43,460 bases of DNA from a virus. Its lineage: Duplodnaviria > Caudoviricetes. The notes under the pieces are model-generated. The model had not been told where the DNA came from. It searched no databases and was given only the letters and a program-made list of their open reading frames with translations. The stretch covers positions 1 to 43,460 of IMG/VR virus record IMGVR_UViG_3300020402_000137; one strand, 5' to 3'. This document shows, in pieces, positions 26,068-36,111 of this stretch; positions within the stretch are counted from its first letter, which is position 1, and each line of letters opens with the position of its first letter. Made by a program: the position numbers and the translations under genes.

Positions 26068-27767
26068 AATAATACTCCTAAATTAATTACAAATTTAAAT
26101 GGATCTGCTTTACCTCTTGTATCTTGTTTTGATCTTAATTTATCGTAATTACCTGTGTCTGCTTTATGTCCTGTAAAGTTGTAAGTGTCTGTTATTATTA
26201 ATTCACCTTTGTCATTTCGTTTCCAACTAAATCGACCTAACACTAAACCTAAAGTTAGTGCCTGACTATCTTGTGATGCAAAAGCGAGATTAGCGTAGCT
26301 TGAATATTTATCAATTCTGTTTGAACCAAACATATTTTCAATATAACCCGCTGCATTTACGGCTATGCTTTTTGGTGCAAACGCGTCTTCTTGTAATGCA
26401 ATGTGGTATGGTACATCTTTAAGTACATATTTTTTACCATCCCAAACTTTTGTTTTAGTTACACTATAACTAATACCTCTGTCCTCTGCGGGTACATTTT
26501 TAGTAACCCACTCAATACCATCTTTAGAACCTACAATTTCACTAAGAAATAAACCATTTTTATTAATTCCAAAGAACTCATCATAGTCTTGATATTGTAT
26601 GCTTGTTTTACCATTAGATTCTGCCCACTTAATTAGCGCGCCTAAAGCTTGTAAACTTTCTTCAGAAAAATATTTGTTACCATCAATGACTTCAGTTTTA
26701 GCGTCACTTCCTGTAAGACCTAATTCTTCTCCTTTATATCTAACAAATGTTTGAGCGGACTTTGGTAAAATTTCTAAAAGACTATTTGCAAAGTCTTGAT
26801 ACCAAGTTGTTTGATCTTGTGCTTCATATTTACCTTGATCTGCTAAATTAACCGCAGCTTTAGAAATTAGATAATTAGGTTCAGAATTATTATTAATGAT
26901 TGCACCATTAGTTGCGGGTTGGTGTTCAGCCGCAGCAACAGGTGAAATTACGGCGTCTTTAACTACATTCAAAGCTTTTAAAAATATATTATCTCCACCC
27001 TGTTCTAAATCATTGTATGTATCCCCTACTTTTTTAGCCATCATATTTTCATCACCTGAGAAAAACATATCGTGTTCCATTTTTCTTCGGTAGTCTAAAC
27101 CTTTTAATTTATTAGCGTTTGATTTATTTAATATTTCGTCAGAGATACTAGCCATATCTCCATTAAGAATTGCTTTAGTAATGTTAGGGCCAATCAAAGC
27201 GGGCGCGTTGTAAGCCATAGAAGTAAGTGCTATTCGTTGATCAGCATTAAGTGGAACTTGACCAAAACGATCAACTAACATTTTATCTGCTTCTTGAATT
27301 AAACTTTCACTTAAAAGTCTTGCTTGGTTTTTACTGATAGCTTTTTTACCATCCATTAGATCCTTCATATCAGCATCATTAAATCTTAGTTTTTGTTTAA
27401 CTAAATCTTTATGAATTTCTAAATTAACACCATAGCCAATATGTTTGACACCATTTACATAATGCATACTTGGTTCATATCCGCCTTCTAAATTAGCAAT
27501 AAAATCAAATCGTCTATTTATGTAATCATCGTCGTAATGACCTGGGCCACTATTAGTTAAAACATCTGTCATATTCTGTAGTGAAAAGTCACCCGCGTCT
27601 AAACTTCCTGTGTGTGTTAAGTTTTTCATACTAGGCTTACTGCCATTAACGGCTTGAGTATTAACTCGTATTTGAGAAAAGATATCAGACTTTAATTTGT
27701 TAGCGTCAGTTTCATATGCAAGACTTGATGTATCTATATTAAAATCAGTTTGATCAAATTTGCTCAT
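26064..27767 (-). CDS. Internal virion protein with a lysozyme-like (GH24-type) domain
   Basis: LEGG...HIGYGVNL, ALTSMAYN and GLDYRRKME resemble phage lysozyme motifs. Confidence 0.7.
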   Translation of the reverse strand: MSKFDQTDFNIDTSSLAYETDANKLKSDIFSQIRVNTQAVNGSKPSMKNLTHTGSLDAGDFSLQNMTDVLTNSGPGHYDDDYINRRFDFIANLEGGYEPSMHYVNGVKHIGYGVNLEIHKDLVKQKLRFNDADMKDLMDGKKAISKNQARLLSESLIQEADKMLVDRFGQVPLNADQRIALTSMAYNAPALIGPNITKAILNGDMASISDEILNKSNANKLKGLDYRRKMEHDMFFSGDENMMAKKVGDTYNDLEQGGDNIFLKALNVVKDAVISPVAAAEHQPATNGAIINNNSEPNYLISKAAVNLADQGKYEAQDQTTWYQDFANSLLEILPKSAQTFVRYKGEELGLTGSDAKTEVIDGNKYFSEESLQALGALIKWAESNGKTSIQYQDYDEFFGINKNGLFLSEIVGSKDGIEWVTKNVPAEDRGISYSVTKTKVWDGKKYVLKDVPYHIALQEDAFAPKSIAVNAAGYIENMFGSNRIDKYSSYANLAFASQDSQALTLGLVLGRFSWKRNDKGELIITDTYNFTGHKADTGNYDKLRSKQDTRGKADPFKFVINLGVLL

Positions 27768-30430
27768 TGTGCTAACTCCTTTAATTTTTCGTGAGTCATA
27801 TATTTATCTGATGTTTCTTTAAAGAAAGGTTTAACGACAACATAATATCCTTGAATAGGAACTTTTACTCCTGTGTCGTCTTTCTCACCAGGTATCAAAT
27901 ATGTTTGACCCTCGTCTAGTTTAGTTGTTGGTATGATATCCATTGCTGGGTGCGCCCATTTTTTAAAAGCGATTCTGTCTTTTTCATAGTCACCCGTAAA
28001 ATGAAAACTTTCAGTATCGTCGGTTGTAAACCAACCTGTCTCTCGACCTGGCGTTATAATCTTTTCGCCTTTTTTATTAAACATTAAAATGTCATCACCC
28101 TCGTTAACTTCATAGTTAACATCAAATTTATTTTGCTCACCAATTCCTAAAATAAGGTCTCTACCTAAACCTTCTTTATGTTGAATTGTGGCATAACCAA
28201 ATTGACTTGCTTGAGGATTTGCAAAATTAATTCTAAAGCTACCATTAGTAAATTTATTAAAATATTGCTCAATATTATCTACAAGTTCTACTGCATTAGC
28301 ATAAGTATTTTCTTTTGTTTCTGTTAATGGGTTTCTAACCTTAACACCAAAATATTGACCATTTACAGGTTGCGTGTTGGAAAGTTCTAAACGCCCTGAT
28401 GCGTGATTAAACCATAAAGCATCTGACTCACTTATTAAGTCATTTAAAGCTTTACCAATATTTTCGGCGTTTACTTCGTTACCTAGTGCTTGTTGTTTAA
28501 TTGCAAGATTAGCAACAAGATTAAAAATCATAGGATGTGCAGCCGTATCAACATTATCCCATTCTAAATTAAATCCTAATATCTTTCCAAAGAACCCCGC
28601 TTTAGGATCATTAAATTCAGACATCATATTATCAAGAAATTTCTTTTGCCATTTTCCATATTCTTTATTGTCTTTCACACCATCATTAAAAAATATTGTG
28701 TGAATACCTTGCATTATATTTGAACCATTTTTAGGATCTTGAAGTTGTGCGTGTATTGCAGAAAAGTTTTCATCAGTATTCATTTGACCAAATACGCTCT
28801 GCGTTATTTCAGGTGTGGTTGCAGCCGACAACGCTTGATTAAATTTTCGTAAAGCCAAAGGATGATCTTTTAATATTTCTTGTCCTTGCGCTCCTGTTTT
28901 ATCAATACCTTGTAAAGCCTGAAAAACTGCTGAATTTAGTTGGGTGTCATTAGATAATAACGCATCAGCAAACTTACCTTTTACTTCATCGTTAAACGCA
29001 GCTACACCATATTTTTGATATGCTTTATTGATAAACATTGAGGTTGTAGTTAAGTTGTCAGGATGGAATGCGCTTTTACCTGTTGCTGATTCTACCGATG
29101 ATAAATATTGTCCGCCGTGTTTTGTTAAAGTATCAAGCGAAACATCAGTTGTACTACCTGGAACTGAGTATGCTGCAATTTTATTTACACCTACAATTTC
29201 AGTTGTTACCTTATTAAATTCTTCTGATATCTTATTTTTAACTCCTTGAAATTGTAAACCACTCACGCCGTATTGATTATACAATTCATTAATAGATGGA
29301 ATGGTTACTTCTTGACCTGATGTATCTGTATAAGTGTAAGATTTTCCGGAAATCAAAGCGCTATATGCTTTTATTTTTTCATTAAAGTCAGTTCCAATAG
29401 TTGCCACTAAAGTATCAAATTTAGAGTTCCATTTACTTACTGCGGTACTTCCCGCTATTGTAGAAAACTTTTGATGTCTTTCCATTAACTTTTGTGTAAT
29501 TGGAACAACCTCATTTGGAAAAAGTTCAACCATCGAATAAAGAGTTGCGCCAGGTACACCTTTTTCTCCTTCTCTTTGAAACAAGTCTTTATTAAGAAAA
29601 GTTGATAGTTTCATCATATCGTCAGGAGTATTTGCGTGAGAAAGTAAAATAGATAAAGCTTGTGTTCTAACATTGCCGTCTTGCAGACTACTATTTAAGA
29701 ATGGAAATTGTGTTTTTAGTTTTTGATAAATTTCAGCATACCCGCCTTTTAAATCGTTATTAGCAAAATACACTTTAGCGTTTTGCATTATCTGATTTAG
29801 TTTATCTGAGTTTTGTAATTTGACGGTTTCTAGTTTTGCTTTTAACGAAGCTTCGTGTAGATTACTTTGAAAAGAATGTTGAGTTGCAGTATCTACAAGA
29901 ACATCGCCTGTACCATTTGCCCAATTCTTTTGCCACCACTCTGCTGCAAACTGATCAAATTTTTCAGATGGTTGATTTACGGCTTCGGCACTAAAGTCAT
30001 TCCACATAGTAAAGCCTAAATTTTTTCCTAAAGCACTTTTATAACTATCAATATAATGTGTGTTCTTTTCAGGATTATTTTGTAAAGCCGTAGTTACATA
30101 ATTAGACATATTGTCTTTAGTCATTGGCTTTTCTTTTGAATAACTATAAGCATCAACTTTAGCTTTATCTCTCATTTTGTTTGCATATTTTTCAGCTTCC
30201 ATTTTTTCAACTGCCCAATATGCACTATTAACATTACCTATAGAGTCTTGAATTTTACCAAAGAAATTATTAAAGGCTTGAGTAAGGTCGCCCGCTTGTA
30301 CATTAATACCTTCCATCGAAGAAACCGCTTTTGGTACGGCATTATTAAATCGTTGATTTTTAATTTGCGCGAGTCCAGCGTTAGGGTTGTTAGGTAGTGT
30401 ATTACCTGAACCTTTTCTATATCTTGCCAT
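27764..30430 (-). CDS. Internal virion protein (gp15-like)
   Basis: 888 aa; assigned by position within the internal protein block. Confidence 0.65.
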   Translation of the reverse strand: MARYRKGSGNTLPNNPNAGLAQIKNQRFNNAVPKAVSSMEGINVQAGDLTQAFNNFFGKIQDSIGNVNSAYWAVEKMEAEKYANKMRDKAKVDAYSYSKEKPMTKDNMSNYVTTALQNNPEKNTHYIDSYKSALGKNLGFTMWNDFSAEAVNQPSEKFDQFAAEWWQKNWANGTGDVLVDTATQHSFQSNLHEASLKAKLETVKLQNSDKLNQIMQNAKVYFANNDLKGGYAEIYQKLKTQFPFLNSSLQDGNVRTQALSILLSHANTPDDMMKLSTFLNKDLFQREGEKGVPGATLYSMVELFPNEVVPITQKLMERHQKFSTIAGSTAVSKWNSKFDTLVATIGTDFNEKIKAYSALISGKSYTYTDTSGQEVTIPSINELYNQYGVSGLQFQGVKNKISEEFNKVTTEIVGVNKIAAYSVPGSTTDVSLDTLTKHGGQYLSSVESATGKSAFHPDNLTTTSMFINKAYQKYGVAAFNDEVKGKFADALLSNDTQLNSAVFQALQGIDKTGAQGQEILKDHPLALRKFNQALSAATTPEITQSVFGQMNTDENFSAIHAQLQDPKNGSNIMQGIHTIFFNDGVKDNKEYGKWQKKFLDNMMSEFNDPKAGFFGKILGFNLEWDNVDTAAHPMIFNLVANLAIKQQALGNEVNAENIGKALNDLISESDALWFNHASGRLELSNTQPVNGQYFGVKVRNPLTETKENTYANAVELVDNIEQYFNKFTNGSFRINFANPQASQFGYATIQHKEGLGRDLILGIGEQNKFDVNYEVNEGDDILMFNKKGEKIITPGRETGWFTTDDTESFHFTGDYEKDRIAFKKWAHPAMDIIPTTKLDEGQTYLIPGEKDDTGVKVPIQGYYVVVKPFFKETSDKYMTHEKLKELAQ

Positions 30431-30440
30431 AATCTACTCC

Positions 30441-31028
30441 TTAATTTTTCTTTGGCTTTGGGCCACCGCGTATCGCGTCTGTTAATGTTTTGTTTTGATA
30501 GTAACCTGTACCGATTTGTAAACCACTTCCTACAAATCCTAAAATAGCGTCTGTTTTTCTTGCGTTAGCTTCTTGCATATAATTGTCAGCTTGGTTTTGT
30601 GCCATTTGTACTTCATTTATATAATTCATTTCTGCCGCATACTTGTTAGACTCAAAGGATGCAATTTCTCTTTTTGCGTTTCTATCTAAACGAATATAAT
30701 TTAATGAATCACCATAGGCTTCCTCGAAGACAAGAGACATAAATGTTCCGTCAGATAAATTATTATCAGCGGCCATAAATGTTCCCATTGCTTCGTTAGC
30801 AGCTCTAACACGATCGGATTGTTCATCCATTGTGTCTAAAGCTTTTTCTGCAATCTTTCTATTTTCTTCTGCGTATTGTGCAAGTGCGTTTCTTTCAGAA
30901 GCTTCGTACTGCGCTCTAGCTTGGGCCGCAGCCCTTTGCTCCATTCTTCTAGCCTGTTGCATCTGCATTTGCATTTGTACTGCCGATGCTGCGAGAGACG
31001 CCGCAGTTAGAATAACTCCTGTACACAT
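30441..31028 (-). CDS. Internal virion protein (gp14-like)
   Basis: MC start, Ala/Gln-rich, 195 aa, follows tail tube B. Confidence 0.72.
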   Translation of the reverse strand: MCTGVILTAASLAASAVQMQMQMQQARRMEQRAAAQARAQYEASERNALAQYAEENRKIAEKALDTMDEQSDRVRAANEAMGTFMAADNNLSDGTFMSLVFEEAYGDSLNYIRLDRNAKREIASFESNKYAAEMNYINEVQMAQNQADNYMQEANARKTDAILGFVGSGLQIGTGYYQNKTLTDAIRGGPKPKKN

Positions 31029-31032
31029 AATA

Positions 31033-33408
31033 TTACCCCTGTCTTGTTATTTCATTATAATATCCAACATAATCAATTGATGTTATGTTCATTGGTTTTT
31101 CTGTATCATTAAACAATCTAATCTTTGCACTTTTACCATTAGATTTTACAGGCACTTTAAAACCACCTAAAGGCGCGATTGCAGCAAGACCAATCTTACT
31201 TGCACCTGAACCAACAATACGACCTGTAAACGCAAAGGTGCTTGATGTTCTAAATTCAGGTGTAACCTCGACTCTAAAGAAACCTGTATCTTTAAAATTA
31301 AAAGTAATGTTTCTTAATTGGAAACGACCACTTGTAATTGTTTTTCTTAAATTTTGTGGATCTCTAGGAAACAATTTAGAAAAAGTTACTGATGAGGTAA
31401 ATATCTCACCAAGAATAGCTTCACCTGTGTTTGTACCCGTAGTGGTACGATAGTCTCCTGGAGTCTGAATTGTAGTGGAAGTTGGGTAAGTAACTTTAAG
31501 AACTTCACCAACTTTACCCGCTGGAAAATCTGTAGACAAAACAACACTTGTTTTATTGTTATGTGGATAAGGTGTAGTCCAAGTTGTGTGATCATTAACA
31601 GAATCATATACACCTGTGGCTCTAACAATTCTATCCATTGATACCTGATAAGGATGTTTTTCTTCTGATAGTTCGTATCTTAAAAAAGTCTTTTCAAAGA
31701 ACACTTGTCCGTCTCTAGATAGAACCATATAAAGTTCACCATCAATAACTTCCATCCATTTAATTTTTGCGTTTGAACCATAAGTCCATTTAGACCAAGC
31801 TGATTGTGCCTTAGTTTCACCATCAATATACATTTTATAAATATATAAAGCTGAACGATCATTATCTGATAAACACATAATAGTATCGTTTGTAGGGTCA
31901 CCCGTCATTCTAAACAATGGTGCGGGTATATAAGATAATGCGTGTAGTGTAATATCTTGCGCCACATTAGATAGCGTATCATCATCGAATGTATATTCAA
32001 ATACAATAGCGTCTCGACCTGATTTAGCAGCAAAGTATAGAGTATTACCAAGTGTGATTGGCTTACATCTAGCTTCAGTTAAATAAGTTGTGGATAAATC
32101 AATAGATGCATTGGTAGGTGTCAATGATCCCGCACTTGAAGTTGCTACTTCAAATTGCGCTTTGTTACTTGTTAAGAAAAGAGATTTACGGAAACCGACG
32201 GCGTGTTTCAGATCATTGACGGTCGAAGAGGATGCCGTCAAACCAAAAGAATCACTATCTAAACTTTGTGTGGCAAAGTCAGGCCAAAAGGTAAAGTAAT
32301 AACCCGCCTGAGAAAAATTAATATTTTCACCTGATACAAACGCTAATCTGTTTCTGTGAAACACAACGGCAGTTATTTGTTTTCCTACAAAGTCAGGATC
32401 AGGCGTAGTAGTTTCGTCGCCCGCAATTCTATCTTTATATTCGTCACCTTTTCTAAATGTAAAAGTTCCGTTAGCTTCTCTTACTAGAAAATGTGGCATT
32501 GTTGTTTTTTCAAATTCATTATTTATGCTTGGATTTGCCGCTTCAATCCAACCACCATTACCCGTATCAAACTTTGCCCAATAACCAAATTGTTCTCCAT
32601 CGATGTTTTGTCCAACTCTAATGTAATAATCACTAGGCGCAGACGCGGGTAGATACTGACGATCAGGCACATTGTCGGTCATTGTGTATGGCCCGTAAGT
32701 TGCGTCTGATCCTGTGTGTTCAATAGTAAAAGCTTGACTACCTGTTATAACAACGGTCTCGCCAATTTGTTGTGTTGTGTAAGTTCCACTCATTCCTGAA
32801 AATGAAATGTTATTCATAATATTAGACGCCACCGCAGTATTACTTAAAGCATTAGTAGCACTATATGTCCAAACTTGATGACTAACACCTGTAGCAGTTT
32901 CTTTAATATTTATAGAATAAGCGGTTGATGTATTTGTAGTTCGACAATTAACCAACGCTCTATGCGGTCGTGAGTATGTGCTTGTCGCCATAGTGACCGT
33001 TTTGTTGTTGTTAGCAATAATTGTAAAATCTGCAATTGTAACAAAACTAAAACTTGTTTCGTCAGTTGTTCCTGTAGGTGTATTTAAATAAGTTTTACCA
33101 TCAGGAAAATTAACGGTCTGTTGTACACCATCTAAATCATAAACTTCTAAGTCACCATTATTTATAATAATCATATATTGTTCAATAGCGTCTCTACTAT
33201 ACGCGTAGATAGCGGGCGTATCAGAGTCTGCTATAGATGTTAGATTTGTAATATGTCTTGATGCGGGTCTACTTTCAAAACCACCTGTCACCACAGATAC
33301 TAAAATGTTATCAGCTTCTTCTACTTGACCAGGCAATCTAACAGGATCAGGTTGTCTTGAAACTCCCTGATATAAAGTTTTTATAGATTGTTCGATCAAA
33401 GTTCCCAT
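31033..33408 (-). CDS. Tail tubular protein B (gp12-like)
   Basis: GVSRQPD, TIADFTIIAN, PDFVG...FHRNRLAF, QSAWSKW, GRFQLR. Confidence 0.94.
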   Translation of the reverse strand: MGTLIEQSIKTLYQGVSRQPDPVRLPGQVEEADNILVSVVTGGFESRPASRHITNLTSIADSDTPAIYAYSRDAIEQYMIIINNGDLEVYDLDGVQQTVNFPDGKTYLNTPTGTTDETSFSFVTIADFTIIANNNKTVTMATSTYSRPHRALVNCRTTNTSTAYSINIKETATGVSHQVWTYSATNALSNTAVASNIMNNISFSGMSGTYTTQQIGETVVITGSQAFTIEHTGSDATYGPYTMTDNVPDRQYLPASAPSDYYIRVGQNIDGEQFGYWAKFDTGNGGWIEAANPSINNEFEKTTMPHFLVREANGTFTFRKGDEYKDRIAGDETTTPDPDFVGKQITAVVFHRNRLAFVSGENINFSQAGYYFTFWPDFATQSLDSDSFGLTASSSTVNDLKHAVGFRKSLFLTSNKAQFEVATSSAGSLTPTNASIDLSTTYLTEARCKPITLGNTLYFAAKSGRDAIVFEYTFDDDTLSNVAQDITLHALSYIPAPLFRMTGDPTNDTIMCLSDNDRSALYIYKMYIDGETKAQSAWSKWTYGSNAKIKWMEVIDGELYMVLSRDGQVFFEKTFLRYELSEEKHPYQVSMDRIVRATGVYDSVNDHTTWTTPYPHNNKTSVVLSTDFPAGKVGEVLKVTYPTSTTIQTPGDYRTTTGTNTGEAILGEIFTSSVTFSKLFPRDPQNLRKTITSGRFQLRNITFNFKDTGFFRVEVTPEFRTSSTFAFTGRIVGSGASKIGLAAIAPLGGFKVPVKSNGKSAKIRLFNDTEKPMNITSIDYVGYYNEITRQG

Positions 33409-33418
33409 TTAATTTCTC

Positions 33419-34015
33419 CTAAATTCCACTAAGTACATTATATCTTCGAGTTGCTCTATGACAATGTGTACTTTGTTGTAATATATTATTATCTTCAACC
33501 TCGGCTTCAGAATCCATCAACGCGGCATAGGCTTCGGCTTCTGACCTGACGGTAAAACTATCTAAGGCCGCTGAACCCATAGCTGATTCTTGAAATGATC
33601 TTGCAGCTTTTCTAGCAATATATAATTGCATTGAGGGTGTAAGTTCTGCGAATGGTAGTTTAATAATAACATCAACATATAAATCTTTATCAAAGATGTA
33701 AGTTTGTTCTTTAATGTTAAATAAGTAACGAACATTATTATCTGTTCTTATAGTAACATTAATATCTTTGTGTTCGCCGACCGTATCTAGTCTAATGTAG
33801 TTACTTGGTATCACAATTTTATTTAAATAATTTCTCATAGCTTTGACACCATAGTTAGTATTTTGATGCCAACCTTTAGCTAAAACTTCCGTTGTGACTT
33901 CATCTAGCTTTGCTTCCGCCGATTCAGCGTCAGGTAGTCCTGATGTTAAAGATGAAACGGGAGTCTCGCCTATACTATCAAGGACAATGTTTACTGCTTC
34001 TAATTTTGTAAGCAT
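33419..34015 (-). CDS. Tail tubular protein A (gp11-like)
   Basis: LEAVNIVLDSIGETPVSSL, KGWHQN and YIARKAAR motifs. Confidence 0.94.
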   Translation of the reverse strand: MLTKLEAVNIVLDSIGETPVSSLTSGLPDAESAEAKLDEVTTEVLAKGWHQNTNYGVKAMRNYLNKIVIPSNYIRLDTVGEHKDINVTIRTDNNVRYLFNIKEQTYIFDKDLYVDVIIKLPFAELTPSMQLYIARKAARSFQESAMGSAALDSFTVRSEAEAYAALMDSEAEVEDNNILQQSTHCHRATRRYNVLSGI

Positions 34016-34034
34016 TTGATTCTCCTTATAAGAT

Positions 34035-34066
34035 AAAAAAATAGGGCGACGCGTTAACGCCGCCCA
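34035..34066 (-). terminator. Intrinsic terminator after the major capsid gene (Tphi-like)
   Basis: GGGCGGCG-TTAACG-CGTCGCCC followed by TATTTTTTT. Confidence 0.85.
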
Positions 34067-34077
34067 TATGGTTAGTT

Positions 34078-35073
34078 TTACGAAGTTTTAAATTCAACTG
34101 CCATTTCAGGTCTCATTGTGCCGTGACCGACAAACATTTTAGAAACCATAAAGTCTTCAAGTCGTCTTACATCTCTCTCTGTTTCGAGTGAAATGTCCAT
34201 TAACTTGACGGTAGCAACTGATTGTGGACACCACATAACACCGACCGTTGTCGAGTAGTTTCCTCTGTATTTAGAGAATACACCCGATGCTGATGATTCG
34301 TCAGTAGACGGAATGTTCTTTGACTTGCATATAATTACGCCGTCAATGTTCATTGTTTCCGCTCTGTTGTCGATACCACCCGCAGCCGTTGCGTGTTGGA
34401 AATCCCTGTTTAATACTAGATAGTTACCATTAGTATCTTTTGCGTATTTGATTGCGTCAAATACTTCAGTAGTAACGGCAAGATATCTTTGCATATCTTC
34501 AGGAACATCTTGGTTGTACAATTTAATGTTCGCTTCTCTTATTGCATCAATCCAATCTGTACCACTATAAACACCCGCAGTTGCAGCCAAAGCCGAGTCA
34601 GTAATATTATTACCGCCTGGGAATGGTGATGCAGCAGAAGTTCTAGAAGCTAGGATTAGTTGTCTGAACACATTCTGATCGAACACTTTTGCAAGCGCTT
34701 TTCCCATTTCCGCAGAAATGATTGAACGCATATCGAAGTGAGATAGAATACGATCTAGGTCAGCAATCGCGTAGTGCGATACTAAGATGTCGTCAACATT
34801 AATTGTTAACTCTGATGTATCAAAATCATTTCCTAACATTTCTTGTCCAGGTGTGTGGTATTCCGCACTAGCTTTCCAAGTTTTAGGGAAACGATATGAT
34901 TTTGCTCCACCGCTTAATGATTTGACGGTGTGCTTGTCTAAAGTGACCGTTGCGTTGTCAAAAGCCGTCAACACCTCACCACCGAATACATCTAGAAATA
35001 GACTTCGGTTATCTGTAGGATTCGACGCACCTTTACCAAAACGAACGGGCGCTGAATTATCGCCAAAAGCCAT
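34078..35073 (-). CDS. Major capsid protein (gp10-like)
   Basis: LFLDVFGGEVLTAF, GAKSYRFP, INVDDIL, EMGKALAKVFDQ, GHGTMRPE. Confidence 0.96.
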   Translation of the reverse strand: MAFGDNSAPVRFGKGASNPTDNRSLFLDVFGGEVLTAFDNATVTLDKHTVKSLSGGAKSYRFPKTWKASAEYHTPGQEMLGNDFDTSELTINVDDILVSHYAIADLDRILSHFDMRSIISAEMGKALAKVFDQNVFRQLILASRTSAASPFPGGNNITDSALAATAGVYSGTDWIDAIREANIKLYNQDVPEDMQRYLAVTTEVFDAIKYAKDTNGNYLVLNRDFQHATAAGGIDNRAETMNIDGVIICKSKNIPSTDESSASGVFSKYRGNYSTTVGVMWCPQSVATVKLMDISLETERDVRRLEDFMVSKMFVGHGTMRPEMAVEFKTS

Positions 35074-35203
35074 AATTGTTCTCCTTTGTTTTGTTGGTTT
35101 GTTTAGTTACAGATTTACGAGGATTAAATGTTGTTTCACGATTAGATTGTCTTCCTTAGAAGGTCTACCTTACTTCTCCAAATATTATCGTAAATAACCC
35201 TAA

Positions 35204-35227
35204 TGGGCAGAAGCGCCCTTAAAAACG
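35204..35227 (-). promoter_or_regulatory. Putative late phage promoter upstream of the capsid gene
   Basis: CGTTTTTAAGGGCGCTTCTGCCCA shares the ...CTTMTGCCCA end with the 24-bp repeat and lies just downstream of a terminator. Confidence 0.55.
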
Positions 35228-35228
35228 C

Positions 35229-35257
35229 AAAAAACAGGATGCCTTTCGACACCCTGT
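35229..35257 (-). terminator. Intrinsic terminator after the scaffold gene
   Basis: ACAGGGTGTC-GAAA-GGCATCCTGT followed by a T-tract. Confidence 0.85.
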
Positions 35258-35274
35258 AATTTGAGAGGAAAACT

Positions 35275-36111
35275 TTATTCGTCGTTATCCCAAGTTGCAG
35301 ATTGCATTTTACGCATTACTTCTTTTCTGAAACTTGGATCTGATTGATATTTAGGATTAGACATATCAGCTTTCATTTCTGACTTACTTTTATATCCATA
35401 AGTCGTACCTGGAAGTTGATTACCTGTAGTCATTTTAGGTTCAAATGTATTAGATCCCATTCTAACTTTCATAGCATCTACACCAATCTTCCATTGGTCA
35501 CTTGCTAATAGTTCATTAAATTTAGATATTTCTTCTTGAGGTAAATTATCAACCGCCCATTGATTCATATTACGCCAAGCGTCTTCACCACCTACATATT
35601 CTAAAGCATCGCTGACCGTTCTGTCTCTACGAAATTTTATATTCTCTACATAAGTTTCTACGATATCTTTTGGAATTCCTACTTTTTGTAAAGCTTCATA
35701 AGTAGGCTCATCGAAATCACCATTATTTTCTAATTGTGATCTAAGGTTATCGTTTTGTAATCCCGCTCTAGCAATGATGGAGTCAACGGCTTGTTGTTCC
35801 GTTTCTGTCTCATTCTTTGTTTCCGCATTTTGTTGTGGTTGTTGTTCGGGAGTATTTTGTTGATTGGATTGATCAATTTTATATTGCAGTTCTTTCGCGT
35901 GATTTTTCCAATCATACTCACCTGTCTCCTTATTATAAAACTTATCGTGTCCACCTTCAGGCATTCCTTGAACAGGAACTTCCTCTTGCGTTGGTTGTTC
36001 TTCTGATTGTGTATGTCCTTGCTGAAACTTTTCAGCCATTTCTTTATTATATTCTTCTGAACCTGGTTTAACTTCAGTTTGTTCAGAAGGTTGAGTAGCT
36101 TGATCACTCAT
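35275..36111 (-). CDS. Capsid scaffolding protein (gp9-like)
   Basis: Acidic; VGGEDAWRNMNQWA, GYKSKSEMKADMSNPKYQSDPSFR. Confidence 0.92.
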   Translation of the reverse strand: MSDQATQPSEQTEVKPGSEEYNKEMAEKFQQGHTQSEEQPTQEEVPVQGMPEGGHDKFYNKETGEYDWKNHAKELQYKIDQSNQQNTPEQQPQQNAETKNETETEQQAVDSIIARAGLQNDNLRSQLENNGDFDEPTYEALQKVGIPKDIVETYVENIKFRRDRTVSDALEYVGGEDAWRNMNQWAVDNLPQEEISKFNELLASDQWKIGVDAMKVRMGSNTFEPKMTTGNQLPGTTYGYKSKSEMKADMSNPKYQSDPSFRKEVMRKMQSATWDNDE

